A DNA stretch of 64,000 nucleotides from Planctomycetaceae bacterium (GTDB lineage Bacteria > Planctomycetota > Planctomycetia > Planctomycetales > Planctomycetaceae), in contig JBDNHX010000303.1 in the NCBI GenBank assembly GCA_041688565.1, positions 7,296-71,295 on the forward strand, read 5' to 3'. The notes beneath the pieces were generated by a model that was not told the DNA's origin, made no database searches, and saw nothing but the letters and a program-made list of their open reading frames with translations. Positions 1-8,726 of the stretch are shown here, piece after piece. Position numbers and translations under genes: made by a program. Positions within the stretch are counted from its first letter, which is position 1. Each line of letters starts with the position of its first letter.

Positions 1-1836
1 CTGCCAGCAGCAGGACTGCTGATGCAGGCGTTCCACGGGCAAGTGCTGGCCGACGAACACCGCGCAACCCCGTTTTTTAAGGACGGCGAAGCGCAGGTCG
101 TGGCGGCTTTCAATACGTCGGACGACTGGATTCGGCACGACCTGTGGGTTGAGACTCAATTTGATTCCGACGGCAGTGGCAAACCGGACCGCATGCATGT
201 GGATGTGACTCGTCAGAAGCAGACGGACACTGAAGGGCTGAAGGTTGCAGTCGTCTACGAATCGAGCCCATACTATGCTGGGACGGGCACGAATGAGCCG
301 CAGTTTTTCTGGAGTCCTCGGCACGAGATCGGGGCAACGCCGCCAAAGCATGTGACGCCTCCGCCAATTCCGCAGCAAAGCCTGCGACCGACGATTTCCG
401 ATTCGCAGGTCAGCACCTGGTTGCCCCGCGGTTTCGCCGTCGTGCATTCTTCGTCGCCGGGAACAGGATTGTCGCAGGGCTGCCCGACTGTCGGCGGTGA
501 CAACGAATCCCTGGCTCCCAAAGCGGTCATTGACTGGCTCAACGGACGCGTTAAAGGCTACACAACACCCGATGGTGACGAAGAAGTCAAAGCCTACTGG
601 TCCACGGGCAAAGTGGGCATGACCGGCACGTCCTACAACGGGACGATTCCACTGGCCGCTGCGACGACAGGAGTTGAAGGACTGGAAGCAATCATCCCTG
701 TGGCTCCCAACACTTCGTATTATCATTACTATCGATCCAACGGCCTGGTTCGTCATCCGGGCGGCTACATGGGCGAAGATATTGATGTGCTCTACAACTT
801 TATTCACAGCGGTGATCCAAAGCTGCGCGGGTTCTGCGATCAGCACGTTCGTGACAAGGAAATGGCCGAGGCCTTCGATCGCGAGTCGGGCGACTACAAC
901 GCTTTCTGGGCTGGGCGAGATTACATGAATGATCTTGGGCCGATGAAAGCCGCTTTGCTGATGGCCCATGCGTTCAACGACTGGAACGTAATGCCCGAAC
1001 ACAGCGTGCGAATTTACGAAGCCGCGAAGGCCAAAGGGCTTCCCGTGCAGGCTTACTTTCATCAGGGAGGACACGGTGGCCCGCCACCATTGAAACTGAT
1101 GAATCGCTGGTTCACGCGCTATCTTTACGGCGTAGAAAACAACGTTGAAAAGGACCCGAAGGCGTGGATCGTTCGTGAAGATGCGCCTCGCGACTCACCG
1201 GTTTCCTATGCCGATTATCCGCATCCCGAAGCATCGGCTGTAATACTCTATCCTGGAAAAGGCGGCGCACAGGCAGGCCTGCTGCAGCTGGAAAAAACGC
1301 CGCAGCAGGGAATGGAAACGCTGGTCGATAATTTCTCCTTCAGTGGCGGTGTTCTGGCAAAAGCCGAATGGACGGAGCACCGGCTGCTGTACGCCACTCC
1401 CAAACTGACACAGCCGTTGCACCTGTCGGGCACGGCGCGCATCTCGCTGCGGATTGCCAGCGATAAACCGGCCGCGAATCTGTCCATCTGGTTGGTTTCA
1501 TTGCCGTGGACTGGCAGCGACCGCATCACCGACGACGTGATCACTCGTGGCTGGGCCGATGTGCAGAATCATCATTCGCTGACAGACAGTGAACCCCTCG
1601 TTCCGGGGCAGTTTTATGAGCTGTCTTTTGATCTGCAGCCCGACGATCAGATCATTCAGGCGGGGGAGCAGATCGGGTTGATGATCTTTTCCAGCGATCG
1701 TGATTTTACGCTGTGTCCTGATCCCGGGACGAGACTGACGATTGATCTGGATGCGACATCAATCACTCTGCCTGTTGTTGGCGGAGTCAATGCGTTCTCA
1801 GGTGCGACAATTGCTCCGGCAGCAGCCACGCCGTAG
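1..1836 (+). CDS. Xaa-Pro dipeptidyl-peptidase / CocE-NonD family (S15) serine hydrolase, probably 5' partial
   Basis: The frame is open from base 1, so the ATG at 22 may be internal. The nucleophile elbow GMTGTSYNGT (GxSYxG) is present. The 604+ aa length with a long C-terminal region is typical of the PepX/CocE family. Confidence 0.8.
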   Translation: MPAAGLLMQAFHGQVLADEHRATPFFKDGEAQVVAAFNTSDDWIRHDLWVETQFDSDGSGKPDRMHVDVTRQKQTDTEGLKVAVVYESSPYYAGTGTNEPQFFWSPRHEIGATPPKHVTPPPIPQQSLRPTISDSQVSTWLPRGFAVVHSSSPGTGLSQGCPTVGGDNESLAPKAVIDWLNGRVKGYTTPDGDEEVKAYWSTGKVGMTGTSYNGTIPLAAATTGVEGLEAIIPVAPNTSYYHYYRSNGLVRHPGGYMGEDIDVLYNFIHSGDPKLRGFCDQHVRDKEMAEAFDRESGDYNAFWAGRDYMNDLGPMKAALLMAHAFNDWNVMPEHSVRIYEAAKAKGLPVQAYFHQGGHGGPPPLKLMNRWFTRYLYGVENNVEKDPKAWIVREDAPRDSPVSYADYPHPEASAVILYPGKGGAQAGLLQLEKTPQQGMETLVDNFSFSGGVLAKAEWTEHRLLYATPKLTQPLHLSGTARISLRIASDKPAANLSIWLVSLPWTGSDRITDDVITRGWADVQNHHSLTDSEPLVPGQFYELSFDLQPDDQIIQAGEQIGLMIFSSDRDFTLCPDPGTRLTIDLDATSITLPVVGGVNAFSGATIAPAAATP

Positions 1837-1866
1837 CAGGATCAACTCAGACTCACTTTGAATGCG

Positions 1867-1901
1867 AATCGTCGTAGCAGAAGCCGCCAGGGCTTTCGGA
1901 A
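1867..1901. repeat. interspersed repeat family A
   Basis: AATCGTCGTAGCAGAAGCCGCCAGGGCTTTCGGAA matches 25458-25492 (AATCGTCGTAGCGGAAGCCGCCAGGGCTTTCGGAA) at 34 of 35 positions. Confidence 0.85.
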
Positions 1902-1911
1902 TACGTGCTTT

Positions 1912-2850
1912 TCAGTGGCACTCAACCGAAACGCATGGTGCGGTCCGCTGCAAAGTGACTGCCATTGGGCTGACGCCGTTCTGTTCGCTGGTCGTTGATT
2001 TGGACAACGTGTCTTTCGTGGTCACGTCAAACGTCGCGGGATCTTCAAGAATCTGGATGATCGTGGCCACGAAATCCGAAAGCTGGCGCCCGTCCATGGT
2101 TCGGTGATCAGCTCGCACAAACAGTCCCGAAACTGGTCTGATCACAATCGTATTATCCACCACAACGGGCTGTTGAGCCACTGGGCCCAGCGTGATGTTC
2201 AGCAGCAGTGATCTTGATCCGAAGCGACTGGGTTTGTAGCCAATCATCGGAGGCGCACCGCGGAATCCAAAATGATTGATAATCACCGGGGCTCCACCCA
2301 GATGTTCGGTGATCGGGCACATTTGCAGTCGAATATGATTGGCCAGCCACAACAAAGTTCTCACTCCAATTCCACGCAGAAAGGGTGGAAGCCGCAAGGC
2401 GACTCGCTGACCAAACGAAACCTCAGTCGAATGAGTGATCTCGGACGTAATTTCTCGCAACAGCTCGGCCGCGATGTGTTCGTAACTGTGTTCATCCACC
2501 TGCCGCAAAAGTGCCAGGCGCGGCCCCGATTTGGTGGTCACGGGAAGCACCACATTCTGCTGCGAAAACTGATAAATTCGCGTGCCCAGTAATCGGCAGT
2601 TGGCGGCAGGGTGCTGAGCCAGTGCAAGTCCGACCGCACGTGCAAGAATAGCTGTGGGCGTCAGGAAGGCTTTCGCCGTTGCATTTTTCTCCGTGAGAAA
2701 AGCACGCATGCCAGTCATATCGACGTTCGACCCCCAGACCATTGTCCCGTCACTGTGATCGCTTGCCGAAAACGTGTAACACTGGTGCAGGAAGGGAGCA
2801 TCAGCGTCTGGATTTGGATGGCCCAGGATAGGAGGCGGAGCAATTTTCAC
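1912..2850 (-). CDS. 2-oxoacid dehydrogenase E2-type (CAT-fold) acyltransferase catalytic-domain protein, no lipoyl domain
   Basis: 312-aa ORF. ADHRTMDG matches the DHRxxDG catalytic motif of E2 catalytic domains. The N-terminus starts directly in the catalytic-domain region (VDMTGMRAF...LARAVGLALAQHPAAN), with no lipoyl-Lys or E3-binding segment. Confidence 0.75.
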   Translation of the reverse strand: MKIAPPPILGHPNPDADAPFLHQCYTFSASDHSDGTMVWGSNVDMTGMRAFLTEKNATAKAFLTPTAILARAVGLALAQHPAANCRLLGTRIYQFSQQNVVLPVTTKSGPRLALLRQVDEHSYEHIAAELLREITSEITHSTEVSFGQRVALRLPPFLRGIGVRTLLWLANHIRLQMCPITEHLGGAPVIINHFGFRGAPPMIGYKPSRFGSRSLLLNITLGPVAQQPVVVDNTIVIRPVSGLFVRADHRTMDGRQLSDFVATIIQILEDPATFDVTTKDTLSKSTTSEQNGVSPMAVTLQRTAPCVSVECH

Positions 2851-2970
2851 GGTACGCTTTCAAGCTACGGGTAATCACTTGCACGATAACGCATGAAGCT
2901 CCCTGACGACGCGTTTCCGCAGTCTGAAGGACAGCTGAAAACGGTGACCGCCCAGCGATTCATCATCATC

Positions 2971-3237
2971 TCACTCGTCACTCGAATCGTCTGCGAGCTT
3001 TGCCATTAAAAGGTCACCGAGCGACTGGCCAGACCGAAAGTTCTGCGGAGTAATTTCATGCGGCTCAATGGTGACTCGGTAAGTGTCCTGCATGTATTCC
3101 ACCAGTTCCATAATCATCAGCGAATCCACAAGCCCGGCCGCCAGTAAATCGGTATTTTGATCCAGCGGGACAACAGGACACAGGACATCATTCAGATATT
3201 CCGTCAGGCGGACTGCGGTTTCTGTCGTAACGGACAT
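2971..3237 (-). CDS. acyl/peptidyl carrier protein (phosphopantetheine-binding)
   Basis: ATG at 3237 (MSVTTET...), 88 aa. Helix-II motif LLAAGLVDSLMIMELV carries the DSL serine. It lies 46 bp downstream of the adenylating enzyme gene on the same strand. Confidence 0.8.
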   Translation of the reverse strand: MSVTTETAVRLTEYLNDVLCPVVPLDQNTDLLAAGLVDSLMIMELVEYMQDTYRVTIEPHEITPQNFRSGQSLGDLLMAKLADDSSDE

Positions 3238-3283
3238 GGAAAGGTGCTCCTTTGATAAAAACAAAAAGACCATCGCCGCTCGG

Positions 3284-4882
3284 TCACACCGGAGAGGAAA
3301 TCCGGCGACGTGTTTGAGAACGGTCCAGAGCCGCATCTGTGGCCCATTCCGAAAGTCGTTGACGATCCACTTTCAGAGAAGGCGTCAGCGGCGGTTGTTC
3401 AATGATGGAGATGTAATGGGGGCGTTGATAATGCGCCAGCTCTCTCGCGCAACACGACCGGATCGTTGCGAAATCAGGAACCCAGTCGTCACGCAGTGAC
3501 ATGACGAACAATGCCACGCGCGACAGCCCGTCGGAGGTTTCAAAAGCCACCGCCACCGCTTCCACGGACGGAATTTCACGGGTGATCACGGCTTCGATTT
3601 CTGACGGATGGAGGCGATATCCGGAGATCTTCATTAATTGACTCTTCCTGCCCTGCGGATAAATGTATCCCTCCGCGTCGACAGTCGCGATGTCACCCGT
3701 GTAAAGCCAGCCGTTGCGAATAATCTGCGCCGTGCCTTCGAGATCCTGCCAATACCCGAGCGTCACGTTTGGCCCTTTGGCTCGTATTTCTCCCGTAATC
3801 CCCACTGCGACCGGCTGATCAGCTTCGTCCACAACCTGCAGCAAAACGCCGGGAATTCCGCGTCCGATGGAACCACACCGTGCATTGAATTCCGCAGCTG
3901 GCAAACACGACAACCGAGCCGTGGCTTCGGTCTGGCCATACATCACAAAGAATTCGGCCGGTGCCAGGCGTTCAGCAAACTCGTTCAGCAAATCGTCCCG
4001 CAATGCCCCGCCTGCAACGGTCGCATAACGCAATGTCGGGACTGTCTGACTGGAAATTCGCGAACCGCGGAGCAGCAAAGTATACAGATGCGGAACACCA
4101 GAAAAGCTGGTGACGGAATGACGGCGCATCGCGTCCGCAATGGTTTCCGGAAACGTGGTTGAGCCCGCTACGACGATCGCGGCCCCGGCCAGCATGTGGG
4201 ATTGCAAAACTGAATTGCCATACGCATGGCAAAACGGAAGCAACGCAAGTGTCCGATCGTTGGGCTGCAGAGGAAGTGATAACTGGATCGACGTGGCGTT
4301 GGCCAGAAGATTTCTGTGTGAAAGCATCACGCCCTTCGGAAGTCCCGACGAGCCTGAGGTGAAAAAGACAGCCGCCAGTTTGGAAGGAACGCTTAACCGG
4401 CCCTCGCGAAGTTCTCGATTTTCGAACTGACGCGGAGCACTTAGAGCGAGGCCATTTTCATTGATCACACATTGGCAATCCGTCACTGTCAGCACTTGCT
4501 CAATCCAGGCGGCCGTCTGGCCCACGGGCAATGGAACGACGACGCCGCGCGCAATTAAGATTCCGTAAAACGCGGCGATGTATTCGACAGAATTCTCCAT
4601 CTGCAAAGCGACTCGAGTTCCTGGTTTCCACTCCGGAAATTCCAAAAGCTGCGCCGCGCAAAGCAGAGCTTGTTCACGCAACTGCGAATAGGTGGTCGCT
4701 TTGTCATCAGTGATGAAAGCCGGGTGTCGGCCGTGGGTTCGGGCCGACTGCAGGAACGCGTTACCAAGATGCGCCCAGCCACCTGGATCGTCGAAAGCGG
4801 TCTCCTGTGAGTCACCCGGCGAATCAGAACGAGACTGTCGTTCTTCAAATTCCTCCGACGGTTCAAGCGTTGACTGGATCAT
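3284..4882 (-). CDS. AMP-dependent synthetase/ligase (adenylate-forming enzyme, NRPS A-domain/DltA-like)
   Basis: Core motifs are FFTSGSSGLPKGVMLSH, YGQTEA, WLYTGD, GRKSQLMKISGYRLHPSEIE and PLTPSLKVDRQRL. The ORF is open to 4990. The ATG at 4882 (MIQSTLEP) was chosen, so the start is uncertain. Confidence 0.85.
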   Translation of the reverse strand: MIQSTLEPSEEFEERQSRSDSPGDSQETAFDDPGGWAHLGNAFLQSARTHGRHPAFITDDKATTYSQLREQALLCAAQLLEFPEWKPGTRVALQMENSVEYIAAFYGILIARGVVVPLPVGQTAAWIEQVLTVTDCQCVINENGLALSAPRQFENRELREGRLSVPSKLAAVFFTSGSSGLPKGVMLSHRNLLANATSIQLSLPLQPNDRTLALLPFCHAYGNSVLQSHMLAGAAIVVAGSTTFPETIADAMRRHSVTSFSGVPHLYTLLLRGSRISSQTVPTLRYATVAGGALRDDLLNEFAERLAPAEFFVMYGQTEATARLSCLPAAEFNARCGSIGRGIPGVLLQVVDEADQPVAVGITGEIRAKGPNVTLGYWQDLEGTAQIIRNGWLYTGDIATVDAEGYIYPQGRKSQLMKISGYRLHPSEIEAVITREIPSVEAVAVAFETSDGLSRVALFVMSLRDDWVPDFATIRSCCARELAHYQRPHYISIIEQPPLTPSLKVDRQRLSEWATDAALDRSQTRRRISSPV

Positions 4883-5270
4883 TTTCGACCTCCCGGTTAT
4901 CGCATACTTGCGGCCTGTTACCAGTGGCGACCAAGCAACATCCATGCCGTCATCAGGGCGTTCAAAATTCTGAGCACAGCGCGAAGCCACTGGAAGATGG
5001 GAGGGCGTGGTTGTTCAGGGATTTCAGCCGTTTGTTTCATCGAAGGTGTTCAGCGGCGATTAAAAGGGGCTGGCATGCGAGTATTTCTGGTGAGTGATGG
5101 CTGATTGATCGCAACGGTCGGTCGGCGCTCAATAACGTCCTGCTCCTCTGCGGATGACGCATTGAGTGACGCATCTAAACCAGAGGGATCCGGACCTGCG
5201 GCGCGGCGCAATGTGCACCCGCAGTTCGGAGTCGAGATTTGATCCCATCTCGCAGAGACACGAGCGTTGC

Positions 5271-7196
5271 TCAGCTGCCTTCCAGCTCTTCCCATCTCAG
5301 AAAGCAATGCTCCAGCTTCTGCCCGACGCTGGCAAGCTCAGTCGTCGCTTTGGCAACTTTGTCGCCTGCAGACTGATAGAAACCGGGCACCGCCATTTCT
5401 GCCTGCAGCTGTTTTTGGCGTTTTTCAAGCTGAGCGATCTGCTCCGGCAATTGCTCCAGTTCGCGCTGTTCTTTGAAACTCCGCTTGCGAGTCTTCAGGG
5501 CCGGGGCCGCTGCCGCGTTTGAAGCAGCGGAACCGGACGCAGACGGCTTTGACGCCGCCGGTTCCGTGGCATTCCTCTTTGCCGCCGAATCCCGCTGTTC
5601 TTTCACGCGCAGCCAGTCATCGTACCCGCCATCGTACTCGCCGATGATTCCGTTTCCTTCAAACACAATCGTGCTGGTGGCGACGTTGTTCAAAAACGCT
5701 CGGTCGTGGCTGACGAGCAACACAGTTCCTGGAAAGGCCGGAAGCATGTCTTCCAACAGCTCGAGCGTTTCTGCATCCAGGTCGTTTGTCGGTTCGTCCA
5801 GAACAAGAATGTTGGCCGGCTTGGACATCATCTTGGCCAGCAACAGGCGATTGCGTTCGCCCCCGCTGAGGAACTGCACGAGAGTCTGAGCACGTTCGGG
5901 CGAAAACAGAAAGTCCTGCAGGAACCCCATGATGTGGCGCTTCTGGCCGTTGATCATCAGGAAGTCTGTGCCATCACTGATGTTTTCACGAGCTGACTGT
6001 GTGTTATCCAGCTGATTTCGCAGCTGATCAAAGTAGCCGACCGCGAGATTGGTCCCCAGCCGAACTTTGCCTTCTGAAGGAGTCAGCTGGCCCAGCAGCA
6101 GGCGCAGCAGAGTCGACTTGCCGGCGCCGTTTGGTCCCACGATGCCAATCTTATCGCCGCGAAACACGGTCGTTGTTAAGTCGCTAATCACCGGTTCGCC
6201 GCCAAACGAATGGGTGACGTTTTCTAAGCGAGCCACGAGAGCACCGGAGCGTTCGGCATCGAGCAACTGCATTTTGGCCGCGCCGACTTTTTGGCGGCGA
6301 TCACGCCGTTGTTCTCGCATCTCCTTGAGCACTCGAATTCGCCCTTCGCTGCGAGTTCGGCGAGCCTTCACGCCCTGCCGGATCCAGCGTTCTTCTTCCG
6401 CCAGCTTCTTGTCAAACTGAGCCTGCTCAACTTCTTCAGCCGCAAGCAACTGATCGCGTCGCTGAAGGAATGTTTCATAGTTGCAGGTGAAGTCGAAGAT
6501 ACGCCCGCGGTCCACTTCGACAATGCGGTTGGCAATGTCCTGCAGGAACACACGGTCGTGGGTGACAAAAATCAGAGTCCCCGTGAATCGCTTCAGAAAG
6601 CCCTGCAGCCAGATGATGGAATCAATGTCCAGATGGTTCGTCGGCTCGTCCAGCAGCAAAATGTCGGGATCGCGAATCATGGCCGCGGCCAGCAGGACTC
6701 GCCGCTTCATCCCGGCGGAAAGAGATGCAAACGGCATATCAGCCGGCAACTGCATTTCGACCAGCAGATCTTCCAGGCGATCCGCGCCGGACCATTCATC
6801 GGCGTCGGCCAGGTCCTGGCTGGCTTTTTCGTAGTCCTTCTCTTCGGCCTTTGTCAGAGTCTTGCCGTCGATCATTTTTTTGCCGAGATTACGGTAGTCA
6901 GCAATCGGCTTGCCGAGCTTTCCGAATCCTTCCGCGGCAACTTCATAAGCCGTCCGATCGCCACCCTGCGGAACTTCCTGATCCAGCCGAGCGATGACAG
7001 CTTCGGCCTGCAGATCGACGGAGCCGTTATCCGGCTTGAGGAAGCCGGAGATCAGCTTCATCAGCGTGGATTTTCCGGCCCCGTTGCGGCCGACCAGACC
7101 GATCCGCTCACCTCGTTCGATGTGCAGCGTGATGCCGTCCAGAAGGGTCGGCCGGGAATAAGTAAATGACAGATTGTTGAGGCTCAGCAGTGGCAT
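5271..7196 (-). CDS. uup: ABC-F family ATPase Uup
   Basis: 641 aa with two ABC cassettes (GRNGAGKST and GPNGAGKST; LSAGMKRRV and LSGGERNRL). The inter-domain linker is FDKKLAEEERWIRQGVKARRTRSEGR. A C-terminal coiled coil (RELEQLPEQIAQLEK) resembles E. coli Uup. Confidence 0.85.
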   Translation of the reverse strand: MPLLSLNNLSFTYSRPTLLDGITLHIERGERIGLVGRNGAGKSTLMKLISGFLKPDNGSVDLQAEAVIARLDQEVPQGGDRTAYEVAAEGFGKLGKPIADYRNLGKKMIDGKTLTKAEEKDYEKASQDLADADEWSGADRLEDLLVEMQLPADMPFASLSAGMKRRVLLAAAMIRDPDILLLDEPTNHLDIDSIIWLQGFLKRFTGTLIFVTHDRVFLQDIANRIVEVDRGRIFDFTCNYETFLQRRDQLLAAEEVEQAQFDKKLAEEERWIRQGVKARRTRSEGRIRVLKEMREQRRDRRQKVGAAKMQLLDAERSGALVARLENVTHSFGGEPVISDLTTTVFRGDKIGIVGPNGAGKSTLLRLLLGQLTPSEGKVRLGTNLAVGYFDQLRNQLDNTQSARENISDGTDFLMINGQKRHIMGFLQDFLFSPERAQTLVQFLSGGERNRLLLAKMMSKPANILVLDEPTNDLDAETLELLEDMLPAFPGTVLLVSHDRAFLNNVATSTIVFEGNGIIGEYDGGYDDWLRVKEQRDSAAKRNATEPAASKPSASGSAASNAAAAPALKTRKRSFKEQRELEQLPEQIAQLEKRQKQLQAEMAVPGFYQSAGDKVAKATTELASVGQKLEHCFLRWEELEGS

Positions 7197-7681
7197 AACC
7201 GGAACTGTAGCGGATCTCTGCAGACCTGCGAATCCAGCTGCGATTGATTATCATCTCAGCCACAAGTCGTTGCATCGACAGGAACGACGTCGGAGCAAAA
7301 CTCTGCATAAAGAAAAAAAACGGGCAATTCAGGCGTTCGGCGGCGACTGTCGCCGAACGGGACTTAGCGAGCCCGGCCGTCAGCAGGGAAAATTTTCTCC
7401 CGGCTGGCGGGAGTTTGATTTAGTACTTTTCAGGTCAGCTACCCAAACAACCCGAAGCGTCAGTTTTGAAGTTGCGCAAATCACGGTTGCGCGGGATTTA
7501 GGGATCGAAAAGTCAGAGAAGTATCATAACGCGACGCGTAAACGAGGGATCTACGGCGAATAACAACGCCAATTCCATCCCTCGCTGACGCTTCGCGTTG
7601 TGAAAACGACTAGCTCAACAACCGGCTGGCTGCACCGGGCATCGACGGCGCTCGAGTCGAAAAAACACTGGAATTTTATTT

Positions 7682-8170
7682 ATGAAGCTCAGATTTATTG
7701 CGGTCGGCGGGACGATCGACAAAGTGTATTTCGATCAGCTGAGCCAGTATCAGGTGGGCCCGCCCGGGGTCGAACGAATTCTGCAGGAGCTGCCGCTGGG
7801 ATTTGATTTCGTAGTGGAGTCCGTTTTGCGAAAAGACAGTCTCGACATGACCGAAGAGGATCGGCAACTGGTGCGATCCGCCGTCGAACGTTCTCCAGAA
7901 GATTTGATTGTTGTGACTCACGGAACGGACACGATGATCGAAACGGCCAAACGACTTCAGGGGATTCCCGGCAAGCGAATTGTGCTGACAGGGGCCATGC
8001 AGCCGGCCAATTTTCGCAACAGTGACGCGGTTTTTAACATCGGGTTTGCCGTGGGAGTCGTCCAGACGCTGGCGCAGCCGGGAACTTGGATAGCCATGAG
8101 TGGCCAGGTCTTTGACCCGGCACGGGCCCGAAAAAACCGCGAGCGGTCCGTCTTTGAGACCGAAAAATGA
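7682..8170 (+). CDS. short asparaginase N-terminal-domain protein
   Basis: 162 aa. Both catalytic threonine motifs of L-asparaginases are present, AVGGTIDK and THGTDTM. The C-terminal domain of classical approximately 330-aa enzymes is absent. Confidence 0.7.
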   Translation: MKLRFIAVGGTIDKVYFDQLSQYQVGPPGVERILQELPLGFDFVVESVLRKDSLDMTEEDRQLVRSAVERSPEDLIVVTHGTDTMIETAKRLQGIPGKRIVLTGAMQPANFRNSDAVFNIGFAVGVVQTLAQPGTWIAMSGQVFDPARARKNRERSVFETEK

Positions 8171-8726
8171 CAGTCTGGAATCTGGATTCGTTCGGGACTT
8201 TCCGATCAAGAACACCTCACAAAACTGGGACTGGCTCCCGTAATTCTTGCGGAAAATGCTCAGAAAAATGACACAGCGAGGGTGCCTGTCCCACTTTTGT
8301 TAGAGCCTCCAAGGCGACTGGAAAGACCGCTGAATGCGGCTCCAATTCGTCAGGAACCATGCGCACCTTCAAATGACGACGAACACAAGGTCCTGTCGGC
8401 GCGTTTTCTTGTGCAGACAAACCGAGAGTTTTACATGTGTTCAGGCAAAGTCTTTGCCAGTCCTGAAGTTGCAATGTAGAATTACGGGTGGTTTCCGCGG
8501 CAATAAACAGGCGGCGAATTCCGGTTTTGCAGGCTTTCTCTGCTTGTACATGGTCAAATATTTCGGGAATATGGTGTCGGAGATAGAAGGAACGCAGAAA
8601 TTTGATGGAATTGGCCGCAAAAACAGGCGACCCCAAAGAATTGCGGCGACAAAGATCCTGTTCAAGTCTTCTCTTCCCGATTGAAATTGATCGGGCTCTG
8701 TTTGAAGTTCGTCGATTAGTCGGAGC

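Noticed and set aside
6291-7169. 292-aa ORF antisense to uup, with several shorter ones between 5473 and 6997
   Set aside because: uup on the minus strand has complete double ABC cassettes. The antisense ORFs have no motifs and are low complexity.
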